From the NCBI GenBank assembly GCA_964433595.1, contig CAYSRF010000002.1, forward strand, positions 1-37,865: a stretch of DNA of 37,865 nt, read 5' to 3'. The DNA is from Candidatus Hadarchaeota archaeon (GTDB lineage Archaea > Hadarchaeota > Hadarchaeia > Hadarchaeales > Hadarchaeaceae). The position numbers and the translations under genes were made by a program. Under the pieces are notes generated by a model. It was not told the origin of the DNA and ran no database searches. It was given only the letters and a program-made list of their open reading frames with translations. Shown in pieces: positions 8,887-16,836 of the stretch; the first letter of the stretch is position 1, and the number at the start of each line of letters is the position of its first letter.

Positions 8887-10791
8887 CTAACCCGGCGCAC
8901 CCGTTGATTCGATCTTCCTAATGAAATCGTCTAAATCGCTTAGATTCAGAAAAACGTATATTCCAGTTTTAGCAAGGTGGAAAAGGTCTTCCTCGCGCCA
9001 ATGTCCATCTGGCACGAAAAGAATCATGTAATCATCTTTATATTTGGTTTGGATACGTCCATTACTAGAATACACATCAAAAAGGGTTCCAAACGCCCTT
9101 CCAGACTCCTCAGGGCTTCGATGTTGGACTGTGCTACCCAGTGCGAATCTGGACTTTAGTAAGATCGTCATTTGATTACCCTTGATGCACCAGGGGTAGT
9201 TAACAGTACCTTGGTTATGGAGCAGACGTTCACCATGGTTAGGGTAAGTTTGTAGTTGATCTCTCCGAAGTTTAATCAATTGCTCGAATAGTGTCTTAAT
9301 CACATAATTCCTTTCATGTCTATATCTAGATACTATAGAGTTAATAACGTAGTCAATTGGGCTAACTTTTGGATTATTCAACTCTTGCCAAACTCGTTCC
9401 CCAACACTTCTTTTTGACGTAACCAAGCGGGAGTAGATTGTACCGTTACGAACCAACCGATCCCTCTCTTTCAACAATAAATTAGTCAATCTTGTCATTT
9501 CTTGTCTCGAGAAATCTCGAACATAGAAGTTGACTTCCATCCGGTTGGTTCGGATCACGGAACGGATACTGCTTTCCTTCAACCCGAAAACGTCAAGAAC
9601 GATTTTCCGCCAAATTCGCCTCTTCTCGATATCGGGAGTATTCCAAAATCGTTGAAGAGTATCGTTAAAATTTTTTGAAAATAAATCTTTGAGGTGGGCA
9701 CTATACTTCTCCCATTGCCGGAGGACATTGAAGTTATCCAGCAATTCTCCTCTCCTTTCACTTAATATTGTCGCTGCTGAAGTCTCTATCTGCTCTTCCG
9801 AAACCCCTAATTTGGAGAAATCGATAAACAAAGAAGAAACAATCATTTTTCTCCCTATCCGAAATTTCGCGTCACGGCTTCTCTTGATGAGATTCAAAGA
9901 GGTGATAAAATCAACTGCGTTCTTCACTTCCTCAACAGGTAAAGAAAGCGCATTCACGATCTCATCTAATTTACGGGTTCCATGAGAAATTAGGTACTTC
10001 AAAACCTTCTTTTCAGTATTTTCCAGTATAGCATTAAGGATAATGGCATATCTGAGTGAGGGTCGCGAACTTGGAACACCATATGTTTTGATCTGTTTTT
10101 CTAACAACTTCTGAGGAGAGATCCATCTAGGTCGTCTCGTTTTGAGATAGGAGTCTCGGCAAGAAGACCAAAAATACTCCAGCTCTGATCTTTTGAGTCT
10201 TGTGAGATTTTTGAAGTACACAATCAAATTGTTATAAGCCCACCTAACATTCTTCAAATCAGGCCCTGGTCTTTCGAACCTGCTCTGAATATACTTGTAA
10301 AATGGCCCCTCAGGTCTTTCCTCTTTCCATTTATTATGAAGATATTTCAAATCTTCCTCTAAAATGAAAAAGTCATCTTTTTTTTGGTATTGTGGGTAAA
10401 AAACTGAATCAAAAAGAACCTCCTTTCCGGAAAGTAACCATTTTGCCCAGTATTTCTTATTCCCGAAAACAATGTTCACTGCGATGCATTTTGGTCCCAA
10501 GATGCGGGAGAGTTTGATTTCTTTAAGTTCATCAAAAGTCTCCCATGCGGGATACTGTGAATTACGAGTTGGCGAATCTATCTCCTCCCCTGTTGTGCAG
10601 AAAATCGCATAACGTACATTTTTGTGTGAAAGTAAGATATCAACATGACATCTCAGAGAGGAGGAACTGAACTGGCGAGCGATGAACTTCGGATCATAGA
10701 TACTACTCAAAGCAGCATAGGTTAGTTGCTCTAATCGCCAACCATGATCGGCTGCAAGACCACGTCCTGGATGCCAAGTTTCTGCCGACAT
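8887..10791 (-). CDS. Hypothetical 634-aa protein with a central winged-helix-like segment; no recognisable family
   Basis: Long ORF in the AT-rich block. GGGAG precedes the ATG and TTTAAATA lies about 40 nt upstream. LKYLISHGTRKLDEIVNALSLPVEEVKNAVDFITSLNLIKR looks like a wHTH. The terminal regions have possible nuclease-like acidic motifs (HVDILLS..., ...DYMILFVPDGHWREED), which are unproven. Confidence 0.55.
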   Translation of the reverse strand: MSAETWHPGRGLAADHGWRLEQLTYAALSSIYDPKFIARQFSSSSLRCHVDILLSHKNVRYAIFCTTGEEIDSPTRNSQYPAWETFDELKEIKLSRILGPKCIAVNIVFGNKKYWAKWLLSGKEVLFDSVFYPQYQKKDDFFILEEDLKYLHNKWKEERPEGPFYKYIQSRFERPGPDLKNVRWAYNNLIVYFKNLTRLKRSELEYFWSSCRDSYLKTRRPRWISPQKLLEKQIKTYGVPSSRPSLRYAIILNAILENTEKKVLKYLISHGTRKLDEIVNALSLPVEEVKNAVDFITSLNLIKRSRDAKFRIGRKMIVSSLFIDFSKLGVSEEQIETSAATILSERRGELLDNFNVLRQWEKYSAHLKDLFSKNFNDTLQRFWNTPDIEKRRIWRKIVLDVFGLKESSIRSVIRTNRMEVNFYVRDFSRQEMTRLTNLLLKERDRLVRNGTIYSRLVTSKRSVGERVWQELNNPKVSPIDYVINSIVSRYRHERNYVIKTLFEQLIKLRRDQLQTYPNHGERLLHNQGTVNYPWCIKGNQMTILLKSRFALGSTVQHRSPEESGRAFGTLFDVYSSNGRIQTKYKDDYMILFVPDGHWREEDLFHLAKTGIYVFLNLSDLDDFIRKIESTGAPG

Positions 10792-10980
10792 TTTTCTCCC
10801 TATTGAATTTGTTTACATTTTTGGATTAAAAACTATTTAAATCATTTTACGTTAATTTTGCCGCGAAAATAAGCTGACCCATGGAGAATGGTGCTATAGG
10901 TCCCCGAAGGGCCTAAGAAAGCTGTTAGAGAAACACCCAAAGTTACTAACACGAAAAATTTAGGGGACATGACTTTAGAT

Positions 10981-11775
10981 TTAGAATTTAAGATTCCGTT
11001 GAATAAACGACTCAACTTGACGGTTCTTGGTTTGAAAATTTTTCTTTTCTGTATCAAAATCATCTATTATGCACACCTTTTCCCTCGCAAACTCCGATTC
11101 TATTACATGGGCAAAAGGCAAATTCAAATTAGATAGAATTAATATCGCGGTTGGTCTAAAAATTTTGAGATAATTTTTTATTTGCTCTTTTAACCTCCTT
11201 TCAGGCTTCCCAAGTGTTGGGTCAACGATCATTCTTGGGTTGATCACCTTTCCCTTGCCTAGCGGTTCTGGGCCGAAATCATTCACTATTGGGATATATG
11301 CTTGGATTTTTTCGAAGTCATCTACAAGTTCAAGTCTCCAATACATATTCACTGTTTCTCTAAAGGGCGAAAGACGTTTAATCTTCACATAGATTTGTCC
11401 TAAAACAATAGAGATGTCTGGCCTAAGACGGCTTCGCAGAGGTGGATAACCATCGTAGTAAATAGATAAGGTCAGATCTGTTCTATGTCTTAGAACTATT
11501 GATGGGGACAACCAATTTGCTAACTGAAGGATCGGGATTCTCGATATGCGGATGCCACGCGTCATTGAGAATTTTGGGGCGATGACGTGATTTGAGTCAA
11601 TGTATTTTGGTAGTGGTTTGAAATCAAGTTTTGTTAGATCTTGGAAGATACAATTAAAGACAAACTCTTCATATTTTCTAAACTTAGATCTTCTTTCTCT
11701 TGAGCTAAATGAAATCCCATAACTCGACAGAGGATAACCGTTCGAAGAACCACCATCTTTCATTGATTGATACAT
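10981..11775 (-). CDS. Hypothetical protein of about 264 aa, no recognisable family
   Basis: I prefer ATG 11775, which is 1 nt after the stop of the RHH gene, over the track GTG at 11835, which lies inside the RHH gene. RPDISIV and MIVDPTLGKPERRLKEQIK are weak PD-(D/E)xK-like hints only. Confidence 0.5.
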   Translation of the reverse strand: MYQSMKDGGSSNGYPLSSYGISFSSRERRSKFRKYEEFVFNCIFQDLTKLDFKPLPKYIDSNHVIAPKFSMTRGIRISRIPILQLANWLSPSIVLRHRTDLTLSIYYDGYPPLRSRLRPDISIVLGQIYVKIKRLSPFRETVNMYWRLELVDDFEKIQAYIPIVNDFGPEPLGKGKVINPRMIVDPTLGKPERRLKEQIKNYLKIFRPTAILILSNLNLPFAHVIESEFAREKVCIIDDFDTEKKNFQTKNRQVESFIQRNLKF

Positions 11776-11776
11776 T

Positions 11777-11917
11777 CTACCCCATTTTTTCTCTGAAATA
11801 TTCAGCAAGAAGTGATCGAATGGTCTGTTGGACACTATCGAGTCGTCTTCTCTTTTTTTCTTCTTCTAAAGCCCTAAGCATAGATTCTGGAAGGGACATA
11901 GTGAATTTTCTTGCCAT
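11777..11917 (-). CDS. Ribbon-helix-helix small DNA-binding protein, 46 aa, paralog of 7490..7639 (not in the ORF track)
   Basis: My own translation gives MARKFTMSLPESMLRALEEEKKRRRLDSVQQTIRSLLAEYFREKMG. Its stop TAG (11779-11777) is followed after 1 nt by the ATG of the next gene. Confidence 0.65.
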   Translation of the reverse strand: MARKFTMSLPESMLRALEEEKKRRRLDSVQQTIRSLLAEYFREKMG

Positions 11918-11922
11918 AGCTA

Positions 11923-11982
11923 TCTAAAGAAATCTAAAGAGGGGAGAACTTAAAGAAGGGTTGTTCTTTAGAATGCTAAAGA
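11923..11982. promoter_or_regulatory. Cluster of TCTAAAGA/TCTTTAGA sites upstream of the second RHH gene; candidate operator array
   Basis: Tandem tctaaaga at 11923-11930 and 11933-11940. Inverted repeat TCTTTAG-aatg-CTAAAGA at 11965-11982. A related cttaaagaag at 11949-11958. Confidence 0.5.
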
Positions 11983-11997
11983 CTTAATTTGACGTCC

Positions 11998-12008
11998 AAA
12001 AAAAAAAA
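11998..12008 (-). terminator. T11 tract (minus strand) just downstream of queD; archaeal oligo-T terminator candidate
   Basis: An A11 run on the plus strand sits 46 nt past the queD stop and separates the que operon from the next promoter region. Confidence 0.45.
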
Positions 12009-12053
12009 CGTCTTTAAGGATAAAAAATAATAACTAGCTTACTATTTTTTTGA

Positions 12054-12524
12054 TTACCTTATCTTTTTCTCAAAACATGCAAACTGACCGGGAGACTCTT
12101 CAACCTTGACAATTATCTTTTTAATATTTTTATGTTCACTCAAACTTTCGGCGAGTTCGTTCGCGATTAGCCTAGCAATCTCCTCAACTGTAGTGTTAAC
12201 GATAGGCAACCAAACAACATCTTCGGACGGAAATCCAAACTCCTTACCATGAAAATTTATGAGAGTTTTGCCCTCGATAGATCCCTCTCTTCTTAACTCG
12301 TTTTTCTCTGGCAACAATAGCCTGTGATCATATCGATCGCAGATCTCATCAACTTTTTTCTTCAACTTGATGAAATCAACAACAAGTCCTCTTTCATCAG
12401 GCTCACCCTCAATGCTGACCCCAACTTTCCAGTTATGGCCATGCAAATGCTCACATTTCTCATGCCCGATAATTAAATGTGTGGCCGAAAAACCGATGTT
12501 TTCCTTTTCTAGCCCGATCCTCAA
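12054..12524 (-). CDS. queD: 6-carboxy-5,6,7,8-tetrahydropterin synthase
   Basis: PTPS-family motifs SATHLIIGHEKCEHLHGHNWKV. TTG start overlaps the upstream stop (TTGA). Confidence 0.8.
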   Translation of the reverse strand: MRIGLEKENIGFSATHLIIGHEKCEHLHGHNWKVGVSIEGEPDERGLVVDFIKLKKKVDEICDRYDHRLLLPEKNELRREGSIEGKTLINFHGKEFGFPSEDVVWLPIVNTTVEEIARLIANELAESLSEHKNIKKIIVKVEESPGQFACFEKKIR

Positions 12525-13450
12525 CTGTTCACCTCCAGTTCCACCTTTAAATCAGAGACAAACCCTTCCCTTTCCGCAAAAGCATCATGTTGATGTATGC
12601 TTTCAAGGTTGAGCTGTTTTGCGGTCACATAGGCATCGCCAGGGAGATCCGGATACCTGTTCAGTAACCCTCTGATCATCTCCCTCACGGTTTCCTCAAC
12701 GAATTTTGGCTTAAGATAAGCCCTAGTTATGACCTCAACTTCATCCTCACGTTTCAGGATCTCGTAAAGTTGTTCGCTCATGGAACCCTCAACAATTTTG
12801 ATCAAGTCTTCGGCCTCAACTCGATAACCAAGCGAGAGTTCGACCATTAAAGTGCCCGTACCTCGCTGACTATGTGAAGCAATCGGTATTCTTTGTAGGA
12901 TTTCGTCGATTTTCGCCTTATCTATCCCAGATTTCTCTAATTCCTCCCTAACCCTTGATTCCATAACTTCTTGAGCACAAGGGCAGGTTGTCATCCCCTG
13001 TACTTCGACCCCGATCGTCCTCTTCATTTTCGTTTTTCCATCAATTTTCTCAGCTTTTGCCCCGGCCAAAAGTTTGTATAAAGTCTGGGTTTTTGTCTTG
13101 AGTTTCGGGGTTTCCCTAATTACCGGATAGTCAGCCCTAACCCTGACCTCGGCTTTTTTTGCATTTGGATGAACTCTAAGTAATTTTAATGCAATCTCCG
13201 AGCACATGTCTTCAGTATCCGAAATCTGACCTGTTGCGACTTCTTCGATTGCCTCGTTTATTACTTGAGTGCTTCTCGACATGTGAATTCCAGTCTGTCT
13301 AGGGTCAAGATCAACATAGGCCTCGATTTCGGTATTAAGGAAGTTCTCTTGTTCGCCCCTCTTTCTATAAATCTGCTTTCTGACGTTTGTAACTCCCACC
13401 CTGCTAAGCCTTATTGGAAATGTTGATTTTTTGTCCTGAAACTCCATCAT
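12521..13450 (-). CDS. folE2: GTP cyclohydrolase IB family (FolE2/MptA type)
   Basis: Motifs MTTCPCAQE and [10 protein letters not shown], with a length typical of COG1469 enzymes. ATGA overlap with queE. Confidence 0.75.
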   Translation of the reverse strand: MMEFQDKKSTFPIRLSRVGVTNVRKQIYRKRGEQENFLNTEIEAYVDLDPRQTGIHMSRSTQVINEAIEEVATGQISDTEDMCSEIALKLLRVHPNAKKAEVRVRADYPVIRETPKLKTKTQTLYKLLAGAKAEKIDGKTKMKRTIGVEVQGMTTCPCAQEVMESRVREELEKSGIDKAKIDEILQRIPIASHSQRGTGTLMVELSLGYRVEAEDLIKIVEGSMSEQLYEILKREDEVEVITRAYLKPKFVEETVREMIRGLLNRYPDLPGDAYVTAKQLNLESIHQHDAFAEREGFVSDLKVELEVNS

Positions 13451-14217
13451 AACACATCCATCAACTTATGAACTTGGGGAATCACCATGACGTTTTCAGG
13501 TTCGAAGACCTTTCCAGCTATTTCGGCAAGTCTGAAAAGCTCCTCTGTTGATGGCCGTTCCTTCACGGTTCCTGTGGGGGTAACGGGTTGGATCACGAAT
13601 CTGATTTTCAGGTCCGACAAGTCATTACATACTTTTCTGAACTCGTCGGGGTTGGTATTGGGGAGGATTATCGTCTTTACTATTGTATCAAGTCCGTGTT
13701 TAACTGAAGTTTTGATGCATCCTATCTCATTCTCATAGAGTTTTTCCCAACCGTTTTCTGAGGTGGCGTTATGATTTTTTGGAAGCTTCACATCGATTGC
13801 AGCGTAATCAAAATGATCGACGACTTTTTCAAATGTGGATTTTAATGCCCCATTTGTCTCAAGGTAATTTCTCCAACCTTGCACGCGACACCCTTTGGCA
13901 AGCGATCCAAGGAAATCCCCCGAAAGAAGAGGTTCGCCACCTGTGAATGATATGCTATGAAGATCAGGAGTAAAAAGCAATTTAACTGATTTTATAATGT
14001 CATTTACATCTATCGGATTTTTCACTGTCTTGAAGTTTTTTGATCCAGCTTTGGTTTCTATCCTACAAACATCGGGCCTCATTTCCTTAAACTGGAGAGT
14101 GTCACAATAATTGCAATTTAAGTTGCAACCAGCGATCCTCACAAATATCTGCCTTCGGCCGACATAGGGTCCTTCGCCTTGAAACGAACTGAAGATCTCG
14201 CCTACATAACCTTTCAT
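13447..14217 (-). CDS. queE: 7-carboxy-7-deazaguanine synthase (radical SAM)
   Basis: N-terminus [34 protein letters not shown] is the QueE signature with the radical-SAM cysteine cluster. Confidence 0.85.
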   Translation of the reverse strand: MKGYVGEIFSSFQGEGPYVGRRQIFVRIAGCNLNCNYCDTLQFKEMRPDVCRIETKAGSKNFKTVKNPIDVNDIIKSVKLLFTPDLHSISFTGGEPLLSGDFLGSLAKGCRVQGWRNYLETNGALKSTFEKVVDHFDYAAIDVKLPKNHNATSENGWEKLYENEIGCIKTSVKHGLDTIVKTIILPNTNPDEFRKVCNDLSDLKIRFVIQPVTPTGTVKERPSTEELFRLAEIAGKVFEPENVMVIPQVHKLMDVL

Positions 14218-14219
14218 GG

Positions 14220-14900
14220 TTAGACCTCGTACTTGATTGGATCCTTAACCCCAACTTCCCTGAATCCCCTTTTCCTATGCTGACAACTTTCACAGACTCC
14301 GCAATGTTTTTCTTTACCAAAATAGCAACTCCAGGTCAATTCAAATGGAGCATTGACTTCTATTCCCTTCTTAATGATGCCCACTTTGTTCAAGTTAATT
14401 AAAGGGGCCTCGATCTTTGGTTTAGGTTCTGTGAAGGAAGCTGTTCCCCGCTCTAAAATAAGGTTAAATGCTTCCACGAAGGGAGGTCTATTATCCGGAT
14501 ACCCCAATCCCTCCTCTGCGTTAAATCCAACGAATATTTTTTCAGCTCTCAGACTTTCAGCATAAGCTCCCGCTAAAGACAACAAGACGGTGTTTCTCAT
14601 AGGAACCCATGTTGGAGGGGTTTCCTTTGCCCTTAACGAAACTTCTTTTTTAACCGGAATCTCTAAGCTTTCATCGGTCAAACTTGAATGCCCCAATTCT
14701 TTCAAAAATGTTAAATCGACGAACTTCCTTTCTTTGGCCCCTAATCTCTCGGCTATTTTCTTAACAGCTTCTATTTCCCTTTTCTCAGCTTTATGTCCAT
14801 AATTAGCGTGAAGAATGTAGATTTCGTATCCCTGCTTTTTCGCGATCGTTGTTGCGACGGTTGAATCAAGTCCTCCTGAAAGAACGCAAACAATTTTCAT
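14220..14900 (-). CDS. queC: 7-cyano-7-deazaguanine (preQ0) synthase
   Basis: PP-loop VLSGGLDST and C-terminal zinc site [14 protein letters not shown]. Confidence 0.85.
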   Translation of the reverse strand: MKIVCVLSGGLDSTVATTIAKKQGYEIYILHANYGHKAEKREIEAVKKIAERLGAKERKFVDLTFLKELGHSSLTDESLEIPVKKEVSLRAKETPPTWVPMRNTVLLSLAGAYAESLRAEKIFVGFNAEEGLGYPDNRPPFVEAFNLILERGTASFTEPKPKIEAPLINLNKVGIIKKGIEVNAPFELTWSCYFGKEKHCGVCESCQHRKRGFREVGVKDPIKYEV

Positions 14901-15223
14901 TTCAACCTTCCCCCTAGAAGATCTTCGTATACTTCCCTCATGTAGAAGACGCTGGCCGCAGTTTCCTCATCTAATCCACATCTACAGGCCCTGCACTTCG
15001 GGCAGATCAACCATCCACATTTTGGACAGACATCAGTTTTGGTGACATCGAATTTCTCCCCACATTTGAAACAATAGACCTCGGGTTTTGTGAAAAATTT
15101 CAAAAAGTTCTCAATTGCTCTTGAGAGAGGTATGCGCCTTTCATCTGATGTTTTCTTTGCTTCTTCAACCACATCCTCGTCTACTGTAATAGTCAACTTC
15201 GTTTTCTTATTCGACGTAGTCAT
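14897..15223 (-). CDS. Ribbon-helix-helix domain fused to a double CxxC zinc ribbon; first gene of the que operon (putative regulator)
   Basis: KLTITVDEDVVEEAKKTSDERRIPLSRAIENFLKFF is an RHH. It is followed by CFKCGEKF...CPKCGWLICPKCRACRC. ATGA overlap with queC. Confidence 0.6.
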   Translation of the reverse strand: MTTSNKKTKLTITVDEDVVEEAKKTSDERRIPLSRAIENFLKFFTKPEVYCFKCGEKFDVTKTDVCPKCGWLICPKCRACRCGLDEETAASVFYMREVYEDLLGGRLK

Positions 15224-15230
15224 ATGTGTT

Positions 15231-15250
15231 AATACGTATTAATTCGTATT
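15231..15250. promoter_or_regulatory. Tandem decamers AATACGTATT / AATTCGTATT between a TTAAATA box and the start codon of the RHH-Zn gene; candidate operator
   Basis: The first decamer is a perfect palindrome and the second differs by 1 nt. They sit 8-27 nt upstream of ATG 15223, and a TATA-like ttaaata follows on the minus strand (leaderless-type geometry). Confidence 0.4.
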
Positions 15251-15448
15251 TAAGCTTTTCGGCGTTTGGAAAGAGAAAAAATTCCTACTTAGCTTATCCA
15301 CGAGCCGCCTCCACTCCTCGCCCCTCGCACGGTCGGTATATTTGGTGAGTGCTTTGAGTTCGCGGTAGTTCGCGCGCGATTACCTTACACGCGGATACTT
15401 CTCCACTCGCCATCTTCATATTTATAACATTTGCGTTCAGTGAGGCTT

Positions 15449-15510
15449 TGCACAAAAATTACCAAAACTCGATTTTTGCACAAAAATTACCCCGTCTGCA
15501 CAAAAATTGA
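15449..15510. repeat. Three direct copies of TGCACAAAAATT(A/G)
   Basis: Copies at 15449-15462, 15477-15490 and 15497-15510. The middle copy is embedded in the palindrome ATTTTTGCACAAAAAT. Confidence 0.6.
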
Positions 15511-15608
15511 TTTTGGACACCATTCTAAGACTCTTGTTAACTTTTATTGCCATCTCACCTAAGATCTAAATAAAGATAAAAGAGATTCTCTTGCAAGAGT
15601 TTGGTAAT

Positions 15609-16535
15609 ATGGGATCCGAGGAAGAAGTTCAAACTCGAAAAACGCAAATTGAAACACACAAAGAGAATCTTCGTAGAGCGATCGAAAAAGCAGAGGCAGC
15701 TAAAGAAGCTCTAAGAGAGGGGATAGCTAACAGGAAAAGGGTATGTGGGGATTTAGATGGGATAAAAGAATTGTCCTCTCAAGAACTTTCTGCGTTAGAA
15801 ATCATCGAACCTTTGGTTGCAAAAATTGATGACGATACCTGGCAAAGTTACGAAGGAATAGCATGTAGTGGTGCAGATTTATCTGGAACATTAAGTGCTT
15901 TCCATCGAGATATTCAAACTGAAGAAGCTGAATTCAGTGAAATTGCTACCGTATCTGGAGCTTCCATTACAACCGCTACTACTAGTGCAGTAAGTGTGGT
16001 CGATCTTTTTTCAGATTTCGATCTCCGTGTTAAAGAAATAAAGATACAAGATACTATCGTGAAGAATATAGAATTTATCCAGAACCGATTAAGCGAAATA
16101 GATCCGTCAATTGCTCAAGGAATCAGAATTCTTTTCCAAGATTGGAGTAGTTTGCCAAATTTTGAGAAATCAAAAAGGTTACTTGATTTAAGATCGTTGT
16201 TATTCTATCAATTTTTTGATCGATTTGCTCCAGAACACAGTTATTCAAAATGTCAATGGTACCGAGATGCAAAAGAAGGAACAATCTGTAGAAAAATGCG
16301 TTTTGCCCAGGTTAAGTTCTTTATTCAGGATTGCAGGGACGATTCAGAAATTAAGGAGTCGGTTCTCAAATCAATTGATTCTACGGCTAAGGATATGTCC
16401 CGCAATTTTGATGATATGTCGAATTATGGCAAACATGGAACATCAGGATCTGTGGCGGAGAGCGTATTTAGAGGCACAATCTCTTCTTTTGCAAACGTTC
16501 TGAGATTAAGAGACCAACTACGGGAGGTTTCCTAA
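15609..16535 (+). CDS. Hypothetical protein with an N-terminal coiled-coil-like region
   Basis: I prefer ATG 15609. An A/T-rich box taaataaagataaaag lies 25-40 nt upstream, and the palindrome CTCTTGCAAGAG (15588-15599) lies between them. No family recognised. Confidence 0.45.
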   Translation: MGSEEEVQTRKTQIETHKENLRRAIEKAEAAKEALREGIANRKRVCGDLDGIKELSSQELSALEIIEPLVAKIDDDTWQSYEGIACSGADLSGTLSAFHRDIQTEEAEFSEIATVSGASITTATTSAVSVVDLFSDFDLRVKEIKIQDTIVKNIEFIQNRLSEIDPSIAQGIRILFQDWSSLPNFEKSKRLLDLRSLLFYQFFDRFAPEHSYSKCQWYRDAKEGTICRKMRFAQVKFFIQDCRDDSEIKESVLKSIDSTAKDMSRNFDDMSNYGKHGTSGSVAESVFRGTISSFANVLRLRDQLREVS

Positions 16536-16836
16536 CTGCGGAAGAATAACAGGATACCAGGTTCAAATCTCGCTTCCGAATATGCGCACTTAAGAGAGTT
16601 CATCGTAGTCAACTCCAAATGCATTACATAAGTTCTTAAATTTCACAAGATTTCCCTCATCTTTTAAAACGTTTTGATACATATGCTTCATGGTCTCTAA
16701 ATATGTGATAATCTCATCCCTATTAGTTGTTGAAAAAACTCTATTGATTATCTCATCAACTGTTAAATCCTTATAGATTGGATCTAAAGCAGAAAATGTT
16801 TTACGCCAGTGTTATAGATGGACTAAATGAATTCTT

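Noticed and set aside
10842-10970. 42-aa hydrophobic ORF (MSPKFFVLVTLGVSLTAFLGPSG...) between the 264-aa and 634-aa genes.
   Set aside because: It could be a small membrane peptide, but it has no recognisable ribosome-binding context or paralog. The likely promoter of the 634-aa gene (about 10830-10838) lies just downstream of its stop. The support is insufficient.
11776-11835. GTG-initiated 5-prime extension of the 284-aa track ORF.
   Set aside because: The extension lies entirely inside the better-supported RHH gene in another frame. ATG 11775 follows the RHH stop by 1 nt, which is a typical coupled arrangement.
12054-15223. Reading the que operon simply as the housekeeping archaeosine (tRNA G+) pathway.
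   Set aside because: Not fully excluded. It is disfavoured because the operon is AT-richer than the backbone and has its own RHH/Zn regulator. It is also linked to non-ArcTGT-like TGT paralogs and unknown genes in an accessory block. Finding a canonical arcTGT and a second que set elsewhere in the genome would settle it.
16601-16811. Frame of about 70 codons on the minus strand (HWRKTFSALDPIYKDLTVDEIINRVF...GVDYDELS).
   Set aside because: A stop codon lies immediately upstream and there is no ATG, GTG or TTG until codon 41. It is probably a remnant. It is mentioned under findings but not called as a gene.
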